Below are positions 52,310-64,000 of a DNA stretch of 64,000 nt, piece after piece. The stretch covers positions 8,432,001 to 8,496,000 of the forward strand of contig OX597814.1 in assembly GCA_951406725.2 (NCBI GenBank), given 5' to 3'. The notes beneath the pieces were generated by a model that was not told the origin of the DNA, did no database searches, and saw nothing but the letters and a program-made list of their open reading frames with translations. Numbering within the stretch: the first letter of the stretch is position 1; each line of letters starts with the position of its first letter. Position numbers and translations under genes: made by a program. This DNA comes from Octopus vulgaris (lineage: Eukaryota).

Positions 52310-53045
52310 GTCTTTAAGCATTTGTACTGACATAGGGGATTACTGGAAACATGCACATGCTTTTGTACATCATTATGTCGACTGCAGCTATAGAGAATCA
52401 CGATTAAAGGAAATGGTAAATGAAATAGCTAAGCTTAGCAAAGATAGTCAAACCTTTATGCCTAATTTTAACAAACACATTACAATTGAATTCCTTTAGT
52501 GATTGACCGGCACCAAAATTTTGCTGGCCTTTCAAAAGTGATGCATAGAAGTCACCAGTGTGTGGTGAACAAATGTCTTCGTTTCAAACAGATACATCCT
52601 CAGCCTCCTATTGTAACCTTTAGACGGAATAAGAATATATGAGAATTATTGACCGCTACTTCTGACTCCAAGAAAATGTACATTGGAATATGTGCATGCT
52701 GTACCTTGAAAAACAGCCACAAGAGAGGTAATCCCTGTTCATTGTGCAACAATATGGGTCAAGTGAATTCTGTCAGGAATCATATCAGAAATGTTATGAT
52801 TTATACAGACGGTGGGACATGTAGAGATTCAAATTTGGTGTACGTGGCAGAATGCATGAAACACAACTTGGTTTATGTTGGTTGCACAACAGAACAATTA
52901 AACAAAAGACTTAATGGGCACAGATATGACATCAGGCACAATAACAGTAGTTCAACAGAACTTGCTGAACATTTAGCTTTTGAAGAAGACTTGAAAGTGC
53001 ATATTCTCAGAAAATATTCTGAATCCGCTTCACTTTCACTTCTCA
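52310..53045 (+). mobile_element. Penelope-like GIY-YIG fragment
   Basis: TCRDSNLVYVAECMKHNLVYVGCTTEQLNKRLNGHR; homologous to 49340-50050. Confidence 0.85.
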
Positions 53046-54352
53046 GTATAAAAGAGATGAAAGAGGCAGTGGTGCACGAAGTGAGAAAGGAGGAAGAAGA
53101 AAGGCGAAATGTACATTTGGTGTGATGTAGTCAACAGGGACAGTGCCTGAGATGGGAGGAATATGTGATCAGTCACAGAATATCATGGAAGGAACTTTGG
53201 GCTTGGGGAACAAGCAAGAACATCCTTCCTGAACAAGTCTACCTTTGACTTTCTACCCTCACCGACAAACTTAGTCCAGTGGAACATAAAAACAACCGAT
53301 GAGTGTAGATGCAGAGAGAAAGCAATGTTTAGACATGTTTTGTCAAACTGCAGACTAGCACTAGAAAAGTATACATGGCATCATAATCAAGTCCTCGGCG
53401 TCATAAGTGCAGCACTCAAGGAGAAGATCGAGGGATACAATAGGGGAGAGTACCCAAAAGTAGAAAAGCGCAGGAAAGTATACTTCCAGAAGGAGGGAAA
53501 AGGATATAAAACCAGGCCTACAAGTAAAATATACAAGATAGACGAAAGATGGAAGGGATACTGGGAGGTGGCCACAGATTTGGAAAGACTAGTAATATTT
53601 TCACTCATAAAAACGACAAAAAGACCAGATTTAGTCCTATGGGACAGAGAATGGAGAATAGGAATTTTGCTAGAACTGACAGTGTCATGGGAAGAGAACA
53701 TCGACAATGCAGAGGAACAAAAGGAGAAGAGGTACGAAAAACTAATTGGAGAGTGCAGAGAACAGGGATTGAATGTCAAGTATTACCACCTGGCAGTGGG
53801 GGCTAGGGGCTTCATTGAAAGAAAAATGACAATGCTATTAAAAAGAAGATTTGCATTTTCTAGCTCGGAACTGAGAAAGCTAATAAGGAGAATACAGGAG
53901 GAGGTCGAAAAAGTCAGCTTCTATATATGGCTGAAACGGGAAGACCAAAAATGGCTTGAAAATCATAACATGCTGGCAGGAAAATAACATCACTAGGTGA
54001 GATAGGCTGATACTGAATTAGCTTCTCTGATTGACAGGTGATGGTCTCGTTTAGAGAATGCATGGGCTAAGACTACGCGCCCTCCATTGGTCAGTTAAAG
54101 TTGAGACAGTGTCACATGACAACTTGCTGGGGCTATTGCTGGAGCCTAGCAGCAGGTATTTAAAGGGAAATTTGACAAGACAGGTAGTCGCCTGCTGATA
54201 CTCGTTGACGCTACATCGAAGAGGCCAGGGAACAGAAGAAAGAAGACATACACCCAACACCAGAGCTGAAGACGCCTCCGAAAGGGGATGCCCCGCCACG
54301 TCAAAACAGTAGAGGAGTAGGGGCCAAAACCGGATGTGGTTCTTCATGATGA
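53046..54352 (+). mobile_element. HERO-like REL non-LTR retrotransposon 3' end
   Basis: HVLSNCRLALEKYTWHHNQVL...RPDLVLW...LLELTVSWEENIDNAEEQKEKRY...VGARGF. Confidence 0.8.
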
Positions 54353-55224
54353 TGTCTTGAGTTAACTAGATTCTGTAAAGGAGCTGTTGTGGTAGCAGAC
54401 CATTAAACACGGTTAAAATTCCTGCATGAGGAGAAATATGTTTGCTGGTTATTAACATCATGCCCTTAAGGAATGAATAAGATGACAGGAGAATATCATC
54501 AAATTTATACAAAACTGTTTGATTAAATATTCTTCTTTTTCCTTTCCTTTTTTCCTTACCTCTTTTTTTCTGTCTCTTTCTTTTTGCCTGTTATAAAATT
54601 AGAGCTTAAAAACTGATGATGTCATTCCATCAATGTGTGGATGCTGGTTGCTCTCGTTCATACTTCAAATTTAATATTTTGAACTCAACAAGTATAGACT
54701 TACTGTCGAAATATCATTCAACCAATAAAATATCTATGGCTATTGCATCGTGCTCTTTGTCTTGTCTTAATAGTAATAATAATAATAATAATGATGATAA
54801 CAGTATTGAAATTTCTTGGCATGCCCTCTGTATGGTGGATGTATCAGAGTTCACCACTTGACCCTGACCCCCAATATAATCATCCAGTCCCCTCCACTTC
54901 ATCAGTGTCAGCAGTACTTGGGTCACCTTATGAACCCCCTGCTTTTTTCCTTAAACATATTTTTTTTGTTCTTCCCCTCATTGCTCTCAGCATTGTTCAT
55001 TTGTGTCTCCACCACCACCACCAGTGCAGCCATGGTGGCAGGCCAGAAATTGGTCAATATCCATGAAGGACAGGCCATCAGGGACAAACCCAGCAACCTC
55101 ACAGGGGATACTTTGTGAGATGAATGTTTTTCTTTGTATTTGATCACCCTGCAGGACAAAAACCGAAACCAGGCAAATGGTGGAGGGTCTCAGTTTGAAT
55201 CAATGACCATCAAGACAGTATTTC

Positions 55225-55293
<69 letters not shown>

Positions 55294-55929
55294 GCTGCTG
55301 AAGACAGCATTGTTATTGTCATATCGTTGTACACTATGATAATAGCAGTAATGATAATGTGTACCTGCCGAGACCAGAGAAGATAGAGAGGTCCCCTTTA
55401 TTGGGTTAGGTCTACGACAACGAGAGGAAGGTCTCTTTTGCCTTAGAGATGGTTGCTTTTGGTTGTAACACCACAGTCCTCTTTATGAGTGAAATGCCAA
55501 ATAAAAATTATCATCGCAACACTGAATCCCCAAGTAAAAGCCTTTTGCGACCTACTGTACATCCAGGTGGGCTTGGTCGTTTATTCGAATACTTCTGCAA
55601 AGTTGAGAAGAAGATGATCTCAGAATGACAATTGGGCCACAATGGAATGTTATGGCAGAAGTGAGTCTACCAAACTAGGATACAGGAAATGGAGGCATGA
55701 AATATGCATAGAGAAACACATGTTCCCTCTCTCCGAATATTGTTCTGTGAAATCCTTTGTAAATTAAAGTCTCCGTCTAACTTATGCTAGCATGAAAAAG
55801 TGGGGGGATGGGTGGAAGCTGCAGTCTGGGATCAAGAAAAAAAAGACCAGGATTAGAGTCATGGCATCTGGAATGTCATCTGGCATTCACTGGCAATCAA
55901 GTATTATGGTCATGGAAGTTCTATATTAG

Positions 55930-56400
55930 CAATATATAGAAATCTATTGGCAGGAAAGAGCAATGACATTCTCAGGAAAACATTAGGCGTTGACCAGTAT
56001 GAAGCATCTGGTCTGCTTTGGAGGACATTCAGGCCAGGAATTAACACAGGTAGTTTCCAGAAATTCTTGGTCTGGCTACCAAGGAGCAGCGCTGGCATAA
56101 ACTCTATGGATGGGACTGGCTGAGATGACCTCGTACAGTGTCCAAGCATTTCTGATCTGCAGAGTCATGTTGAACAGCTGTTGGCGCATGTAGGAAAGAT
56201 CTGGCTATGAGTTGAGTCTGTTCTGAGGATTGCCCCATCACTGACCTTTAACAAAGCAGGGCAGATGATGTTTCTCTCCCTAGAGAAAGGGCTTGTGTGG
56301 TGGACGAGGCCGAAAAAAATTAAGGAAAGACACCTTCCACTTCAGTTAAACCCAGATCCCTTTTTTTTTTAAAGTTCCATTTGGAAAAGAAATTGAGGGT
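55930..56400 (+). mobile_element. Highly degenerate Tx1 3' fragment
   Basis: HVEQLLAHVG..VESVLRIAPSLTFNKAGQMMFLSL resembles the Tx1 C-termini seen elsewhere in this window. Confidence 0.45.
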
Positions 56401-57246
56401 GGAGAGGGAAGGTGGCTGACTGGTAAGAATGATTAGGGTGAATGAAGCTCCTTTAGGCATGCACCTGGTGAGTGGAGGGCAACAGAGGAGTGAGGACTCG
56501 TGCCCTTCATGGTCAGGGTGATCCTGGATCTGTGGGGTTTATTGATTGGTGCTTTCTTTCCCTTCATCCTTTATGTGACCCCCCCACACACACACAGATT
56601 GTAAAATGTCCGAGTAATGCCCCTCACTTGTGGCAAATAAAAGAAATCATCATCATCATCATAATTATTGCATTCTATATTAATCAGCAGGGATGTTGCC
56701 TTGATGTTTAATGACAACAGGTCACCTCAAATCCGAAGAATCTTTCTCTATTTGCATAATGGTCTGCTAGTTATAAAGCTTTTCATTGAGTACTGCCTCC
56801 TCCAAGTATTGCCTTTTGGCGATACCTCACACACACACCCACCCACCCACACACACACACACTCACACACAAATCCTATGATGTCCACAGTTTCTCTCTT
56901 CCAAATATCAGTCACAAGGTTCTGGTCATCTTGAGGCTGTGGTAGGAGATACTTGCTCAAGGTGCTGTTGGACAGTGGGATTGAACTAGAACCAATTAAT
57001 TGTACAGGGAACCTCATAATCCTCTCGGCTCTCAAGCAAACAAAGAGGCCTCTAAGTGACGACTTGATCTGCTAGAAAAGGCAGTTAAATCTTCTTCATG
57101 TACCACCTAATATCTTAAAGAAGGAAGGACACTTGGGGGTGTTTATGGTCGGAATGACTCTGACCTGGTTCTACACCAACACAACCATGCCCTCCACTCA
57201 TAAATAATGACATTTTCTCAATTTCTTCTACTGTTTTGATTTTCAG

Positions 57247-57483
57247 ATGCAGAAAATGTCGTCAAAAAGAAGGTCCATAATGTAAGCAAACATGAACTTC
57301 AAGTGGACTGGTATAAAAATCTAGTCTGGCAAGAAGATGCAATGATTGTGTCAAATGGCCCCAAAGACATGTCGGAAAAAATGTTAACTGATTTTTTGGA
57401 AGAGAACGGGAAATTAGAAATTGTACACGTCTTCCCTGGAAGAAAACCTGGAACTTTTCTTGTGTATTGCCAAAATGGAATTG
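57247..57483 (+). CDS. Paralog A coding exon 2 (RRM1 end, RRM2 start)
   Basis: Pyrimidine-rich tract and tttcag| acceptor; in frame with the previous exon: DAENVVKKKVHNVSKHELQVDWY...AMIVSNGPKDMSEKMLTDFLEENGKLEIVHVFPGRKPGTFLVYCQNGI; G|gtaagt donor; 237 bp, phase 1-1. Confidence 0.85.
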
Positions 57484-57569
57484 GTAAGTTTCTTCAAGTT
57501 TGATTTGTTCCGAAAAAGATTTCTTGAATTTTGTTTTGTTAATAGGATTGGTATATCTTTTGTGTTTTA

Positions 57570-57932
57570 ATTGTTTTAATCTAATGACTCAGGCCATGCT
57601 GGGGCACCACCTTGAAGATCTTTTTGTGTCAAAAGAATCGACCCCAATGCTTCTCACTTTTGTAAGCCTGGTAACTTATTTTATCACTCCATTTTGCTGA
57701 TCTGTTAAGTTACAGGAACATAAACACACTGATACCAGTCATCAAGCAGTGGCGGGTAACAAATAGACACAAAGACACACATACTGGGCTTCTTTCAGTT
57801 TCCATCTACCAAATCCACTAACAATGCCTTGGTTGAACTGAGGCTACAATAGAAGATTCTCACCCAAGGTGCCATGCAGTGGGACTGAACCCAGAACCAT
57901 GTGGTTGGGAAGCAGACTTCTTAGCACACAGC
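57570..57932 (-). mobile_element. tRNA-derived SINE
   Basis: Reverse homolog of 25492-25920 (GGGACTGAACCC B-box complement). Confidence 0.75.
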
Positions 57933-59015
57933 CTTGTCTGCACCTGTTTATATCTTTTATTTCTTCCCAGATTTTGCCTTTTGGTTTCTCACATTTATCA
58001 GGAAAGGAAGAAATTTGTCAGGAATGATGGTTATCAGGCAGGAAATCAGAAATATTAGAGATGATGTTTTATCAGTGAAACTGATTCCAGTATTTGACCG
58101 TTCCTTCAGTTTCTAAACATTGGAAAGAGGGATGACTAACAAGTATATGTGTTTGAGATGACTTACACTCATGTCTTAATATATGTATGTCACTATATGT
58201 CAGAGTCTCTGTGTGCGCGACTGGATGTGTGATTTTTTGAGGAAACACACTGATTTTGAAAGAGTTTATTTTCATTGCCGCCTGAATGTTGAATGAACAA
58301 TAGTGTTTACCTTGAAGTACCACTGTTTGGATTTTCCTTTTCATTATGGAGTGTTGCGGTTTAAACAGTATTTACAATTATCACTAATGTGCTGAAACAA
58401 TATTCTGGTCTTTATAACCAACATGAAGTGTTGGCTGATTTGACAGCTCTCACAACACTTGCAGATATATCTGAAAAAAAATGTTATTCTGGTTATTATA
58501 ATGAATGCAGAAACTCAGAGAAGTAGAAAGCCTTAGTGACTTCTTCAATATAATTATTGAAATGTTATTCCAGTCCTTATAACCAGTTTGAAGGTAATGC
58601 TTGTTTAACAGTCCGAGAGTTCTTATTGTATTTCTGCTATGTTGCTTTATCAGTGTGCGTATTCAACGCCATGCAACTTTTCTACTCTGTTAGTCAGTAT
58701 TTATTCTACAGCTTGTAACCTTACACAGTTAAAATATGTAGTAAGTGATGTCAAATTAATTTATGCTGCTTACATACTTCTGCAAATGTTTTAACAGCAC
58801 CATATTCCTTTGTATACACTTTGTTCGGTGTTCATCTAAAAATGGTAAAATGATAAATTATTTTTGTATGAAAAATTGAATTTTGCCTTCTGAAGTTCCT
58901 TGGAGCTTGACTTTCTTCACTGTCACATTCAGTCCTGAATTTTATAACATTTAGGACATGTTCCAAATAACTTTCTGTACTTTGTTACATTGGTGATGTA
59001 TGGTAATTTTGGAAG

Positions 59016-59240
59016 ATTCATTTATTTTTCATTTCAGTAATAGAAAAAGGTTTTAAAAAAGATCCCATGTATCATGATGAGAGCAACAAATTCATAAATA
59101 TAGTATTGAATATGGTTCCACTTTGAAAAAAAAAAAACCCCAGTTAAGTGCGGTTTAGCTATTGTTTTTGGCACATATCCACTGTTCGGATCTTTTTAAA
59201 AAATCCGTTTCTATTACTGAAATGAAAAATGAATGAATCT
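59016..59240. repeat. Short MITE-like inverted repeat (~50-bp arms)
   Basis: TTTTTCATTTCAGTAATAGAAA..TTTTAAAAAAGATCC vs GGATCTTTTTAAAAAA..TTTCTATTACTGAAATGAAAAA. Confidence 0.7.
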
Positions 59241-59851
59241 AAAAATATTTTCTCAAATTTGTTTCCATTACACTCAAGTAAACAAATAATTTATGAATTT
59301 CTTTGTTTTTGAAAATCCTCTCCCCACCCCCTGGGAAAAAATTTTCAGCACAAATTTCTTTATAATTGTAATCTATTTCATTTGAAAATTATTTATATAA
59401 AATTTCATTGAAAGATATCCATTTCCCTAAAAGTTATGTGAGGAAAAACTGGATTGTGTGAATTTTCCAAAAGTCCTCTCCCCACCCCCTGGTCCATTGG
59501 TGCAAATTTTTGTTTTCAGATTCGTTTGCTGCACATTTTGTTACATACTCTTGTTATCTTTGTTTTGTTTTTGTTTTGATGGTCAGGTGTTAAAGGAAAC
59601 ATTAACCATCTGGTCATTGTTTACTTCAAACTTAACATTAACTGTAATTTTTCTGAATTGATGACTTTCTGATGCTGTAATATTTCTTTCCAAAATATTT
59701 ACTAAAAAAATTCTAATACCATAACTATGCAACAGAAAGTATGTTTTGCACCTATATAGACTACATTTTCCAGTTTGCTTGAACTTTGTGTGTTTTGCTG
59801 TGTTGGTAAGGTGCTTCATCATTGACAGGTTTTTAGTTCTAAATTCTATTA

Positions 59852-61640
59852 CACTGGTTTACAAGGTTTTTGGTGTTTAGGAAATAGACATCATTCCTAT
59901 GCAAAATCAATCTCCTGAATCCAGATATAAACATTTTGACCTATCAGATTTAGTTTTTACATTATTGAGCCCTATAATTATGTGAACGTCTGCTATTATT
60001 GTAACCTAAATTTGAAGGGTATTAACTGGAAAAATCAAGAAACGCTTGTGTATCCTAGTCTTGCCTCTGCTATTAGACCAGTTCTGCACAGTGAAGAGCT
60101 TCCTGTTCCTGTCTTCAATGTCTTGGCTCAGATAACTTCACTCTCAACCAAAGATGGTTCATCACCTGAAGATGACACTAGAGATCAAGACTTTTCAGCT
60201 AAGACTTTACTTCCGCTGTTCTTGCAGGTAGGGCTGAATGATTTAGTTCGTGACTTGAACCACCCCAAAAATTCTGCAGAACTATTGGCTTCCCAACTGA
60301 AAGAGAAGAATCTTCTAGAGAACGGTGTCCATATAACCTTTTATTAGAGTTGGTATAAAGAGCTTCTTTCTTTTTTCCCAAAAGTGGAAGAGCTGGTTTA
60401 CCGCAGAGATGTCAGTGGACTTCTTAATAAACTTGGCATTGAGGAATACAAACCAGAGGAATAGCGTCTTTTCATAGACAGCTCTAAGCATAGTTTAAAA
60501 TGTGTTTTGTTGCACTACAGAAATATGTATGGCTCTGTCCCACTCGGCCACTCAACAGCTCTGAAGGAAAAATAGGAAGAAATTAAGTTGGTTTTAGAGA
60601 AGATACTGTATCATGACCATAAATGGGTCATCTGTGTTGAGTTAAAGATGGTGAATTTTCACATCAGACAGCAATTTGGTTATACCAAATACCCATGCTT
60701 TCTTTGCATGTGGAACTGTAGAGACTGAGTAAATCACTATGTTATGAAAGACTGGCCACATTGAACAAATATGGCTCCATGCAGAGCTGCCAATATATTG
60801 GAAAAATCTTTAGTCGAGCGAGATCAGATCATTTTCTTGCTTTTGAACATCAAACTCTGATTGATCAAGCAATTCGTCAAAGCTCTTGACAATAATGGAG
60901 TGCTTCAAGTATATTTGCAGTGTATTTCCAAACTTGACGATTGCAAAACTTAAAGCAGGAATTTTTGATGAACTACAGATCTGTAAGCTCTTGAAGGACG
61001 CAAATTTCGTGAAAACAATCAGCAAAAATGAAGCATCAGCTTGGCTAGACTTTGCAGAAGTGGCAGAAAATTTCCTTGGGAAACACAAAAGCGAAAACTA
61101 TAAAGACCTTGTTACCAACTTGATACCAAATTTTCAAGGTATTGGCGCGAATGCGAGCATCAAAATGGAATATAGTTTTAGTCATCTTGATCGTTTTTCT
61201 TGAAAATCTTGGAGATGTTAGTGATGAACAAGGTGAACAGTTCCAAGACATCAAGGAGATGGAAACTTGGTAACAAGGCTGTTGGGAGAGTGCAATGATG
61301 GCAGACTATTACTGATGTTTAAAATGAGATACACTTGTTGCTCAGCATTCACGGAGCACAAAGAAGCGTAAATTTATTCCTTGAATTTTCCACCAGAAGT
61401 CTTTGCCAAAGTGCATTTTCAAGTTTGAATTTTTATTTGTTCTTTCTTTTGTTTTGTGTTACATTCACTTTATTGATTCATATTATATACCCCTTGTATG
61501 AAGAAAATACTTACTCTATCAGGTCTGGTCAGAAAACTAGGCCTGATAGGGGAAAACTGAAACTATCTTTGAATTCAGCAGGCAAAAATCACTTAGGAAT
61601 TCGTTGAAATATTCCAGACAAAAAAATTCTTTTTGGTGTG
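59852..61640 (+). mobile_element. Chapaev-like (CMC) DNA transposon, pseudogenised transposase
   Basis: YPSLASAIRPVLHSEELPVP, LNDLVRDLN..KNSAELLASQLKEKNLL, RLFIDSSKHSLKCVLLH, YTKYPCFLC, KLKAGIFD..QI, NFLGKHKSENY, ENLGDVSDEQGEQF; starts CACTGG. Confidence 0.7.
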
Positions 61641-61909
61641 TAGTCTTATCATTACAACATGGATATTTTTAATAAAATATAGATATTTTGAAATAATTAC
61701 TTGAATATATCTTTATATTTATTGTTTACTAATCTGAATAAGAACAGCTGTAACTCAGGTAAAGCAGGGCCATTCAGCCAGTTATAAAACAAAATATATT
61801 TTGTGTGTCTTGCGGGGGGGTCATTGTGCCAATAATAAACACATGCTCTGATTCAGTTTCCCTTCTTTATAGTTATTTGCCAAGTGGTCACTTAAGACAT
61901 GCATAGATT

Positions 61910-62140
61910 AGAGAGGAACGGGAGCAGTATGCTCCGATGGATATGCAACGTCAGTGTGCATGTATGACAAAGTGGAAATGTGCTGAGAGAAAAGTTGGTC
62001 GTAAGAGGAATCAATTACTGCATGCAAGAGACAAGATTGCATTGGTTTGGACATGTGATGTGTATGAATGGAAATAGCTGTATATAGAAGTGTTGATTGC
62101 TTAAAGGGGATGGCAGGTGTGGAAGAGAGAGCCAATCTCA
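61910..62140 (+). mobile_element. RTE LINE C-terminal fragment
   Basis: MLRWICNVSVHV...LREKL... homologous to 4090-4320. Confidence 0.7.
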
Positions 62141-62899
62141 AGATGACAATGGATTGAGATGTCTGGTTATAGAAGTTTCTTGAGAAGACCTGTCCACCCC
62201 ACTGCTGTGTCTTCCACCCCTATCTAACATTAAATCATTCATCCTCAATAGACCAAAACTACATTTCTGCTCCTCTTCTTCATGCACTATGCTTACCTTT
62301 CCCTCTCTTCTCCTGCAATCCTGTCCTTCCTCTCCTGCTGTTACATAGAATACAAGAATGAGCCCCGACGAGAAATGTTGAAATTCCCATCTCTACCTTA
62401 AAACACACACTTTTAAGGATCTGAAGACCTTTACACAGTTGCTCAGGCTGATAGAAATAGCAGGAAAGTATCCCTCCCATTACACCCTGCCTTCTTCAAA
62501 ACAGAAGCTACCATTCTAGATATTGGAATGGTCGTGGCTGGATTGTCTTTCATCATAAATCTGCTCAATCAAATTTTGTTTCTTATATTTTACACTTTAT
62601 TTATCCCTAAATAGAAATACCTTTTACATTTAAGGATCAGTAAACATTAACTAAAGGACCCATGATCATCATTACTGTTTTAACGTCCACTTTTCCATGC
62701 TTGCATGGGTTGGACAAAATTTGATGATGAGTTGGATTTTCTGCAGCTGGATGCCCTTCTTGTTGCCAACCCTCACCTATTTCCAAGTAAGGTAATGTTT
62801 CCCAGTGACCAGACATGTTTTAAGGAAGATTGGAAATGAAGGACACTGCTTGTATAACAGGGACACTCGTTTACAACAAGCACGGAGACAGTAACATAC

Positions 62900-63075
62900 A
62901 GACGGACAGACAGACAGATGGCTTCTTTCAGTCTTCGTCCACCAAATCCACTCATAAGGCTTTGGTGAGCCCAAGGCTATAGTAGAATACATTTTTTCCA
63001 AGTGCTACACAGTGGGACTGAACCCAGAACCATATGACTGGGAAGCAACCATCTTACCACACAGCCACACCTGTG
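62900..63075 (-). mobile_element. tRNA-derived SINE head
   Basis: CACCAAATCCACTCATAAGGCTTTGG...GGGACTGAACCCAGAACCAT as in the other SINE copies. Confidence 0.7.
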
Positions 63076-63242
63076 CCCACATGGAGTTGTCACATAATTG
63101 GAACTGCATTTTAATGCTAAAATCTCCAAATTTGAAGAATTCTCAAAATCATTTCAATCTAAAATGTGTTAAAACATCAGTAAATTGACTTCAATTTGAT
63201 TCTTTTACCAAAATGTATTTCCATTCATTGTATTTATTGCAG

Positions 63243-63476
63243 ATTTTGAGAATGTTCAGAGGATGTGCCAAAACAACCCCTTAAAAGGAAATCAACTGAA
63301 AGTGGATAGAATTAAGGAAATAAACAGTGTTCAAGTGAAAAACGTTTCTTCAAATGTCAGCTTTGAGAGTCTTCAAAGATATTTTGGAAACAGAAAAAAA
63401 AGTTTTGGTGGAGATATTTCTTCAGTTCAACCACAAACCTCTGATACTTACATTGTAAGTTTTAAAGAGGCGGATG
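63243..63476 (+). CDS. Paralog A coding exon 3 (RRM2 end, RRM3 start); gene continues beyond the window
   Basis: tttattgcag| acceptor; DFENVQRMCQNNPLKGNQLKVDRIKEINSVQVKNVSSNVSFESLQRYFGNRKKSFGGDISSVQPQTSDTYIVSFKEAD; G|gtaagt donor; 234 bp, phase 1-1. Confidence 0.85.
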
Positions 63477-63719
63477 GTAAGTAATTTTTTTCTGCTCTCT
63501 TTGTCTAGTCTACCTATCAGAGTCAGTTATTAGCATTGTTTTAATTCAGGTTTTGTTGGAACTCCTGGAGGCTTGCTATCCACAGCCTACGGTACCATGC
63601 TATCTCTTCTGTTCAGCCATGTAATATTTTCTTGATGATAATGGCTGTGACAAGGAGGCAGACTTTTGGTAACAGCTCTACTCGGTGCTCTGTCCTCATT
63701 TCCTCTTAATATCTTCTGA

Positions 63720-64000
63720 TACTGTCCCCAGGGCCCCAATAATAATTAGAATTATCTCCATCTTTCACAGTCAAGCACATTTAAGAGGATTGTCTACTTG
63801 TTCACCTAACTAACTGTGGGTCAAATGCGTATGCAACATCAGTTATAGAACACATGTGGTTCACCTTGTCCACAACGACCAGGCCTGGCTTGTTGTACTC
63901 AAGCACTTGGCCCATTCTGCATTGAAAAATCCCACAAGATTTTACAGGTCTCTGACTCTGTGATTCTCTGTGGTTTCTGTTTGTACCATGTTTTGCTTCT
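63720..64000 (-). mobile_element. R4/Dong-type REL fragment
   Basis: Reverse translation gives WYKQKPQRITESETCKILWDF...NKPGLVVVDK...IIIGALGT. Confidence 0.6.

Noticed and set aside
52649-53125. GIY-YIG ORF with an acidic/basic tail as a novel fusion gene
   Set aside because: Read-through from a Penelope fragment into the adjacent HERO-like fragment at ~53045
54603-54675. CTGATGA-containing segment inverted relative to ~52255-52320, a hammerhead candidate
   Set aside because: No properly placed GAAA core or stem II seen; probably just a Penelope-associated repeat piece
58140-59010. Possible decayed transposase or coding relic on the - strand
   Set aside because: No motif I could identify with confidence

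Overview
Eukaryotic, AT- and microsatellite-rich genomic DNA. The RTE/SINE repertoire and the (GATA)n/(CA)n/(TA)n load suggest an octopus or other cephalopod (inference). Most of the window is transposon debris: RTE, CR1-group, Tx1, R4/Dong, HERO-like and Penelope retroelements, Gypsy, Tc1, mariner, Chapaev-like, Helitron, SINEs and MITEs. Buried in it is a host locus of two head-to-head, divergently oriented copies of a gene encoding PARP14/PARP10-type N-terminal RRM-like repeats. The + copy has a putative non-coding exon 1 ending at 29355 and three in-frame coding exons (46671-46868, 57247-57483, 63243-63476). The - copy has a putative exon 1 ending at 23992 and exon 2 at 1008-811. The copies are near-identical only in two inverted islands (about 2 kb around promoter/exon 1, about 0.87 kb around exon 2); I see no homology across the rest of their first introns. 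The duplicated promoter carries a dense cluster of IRF-, STAT- and Rel-like motifs. Two Tx1 LINE lineages sit in different microsatellites, (TC)n and (TATC)n. Splice models were checked by hand; repeat boundaries are approximate.
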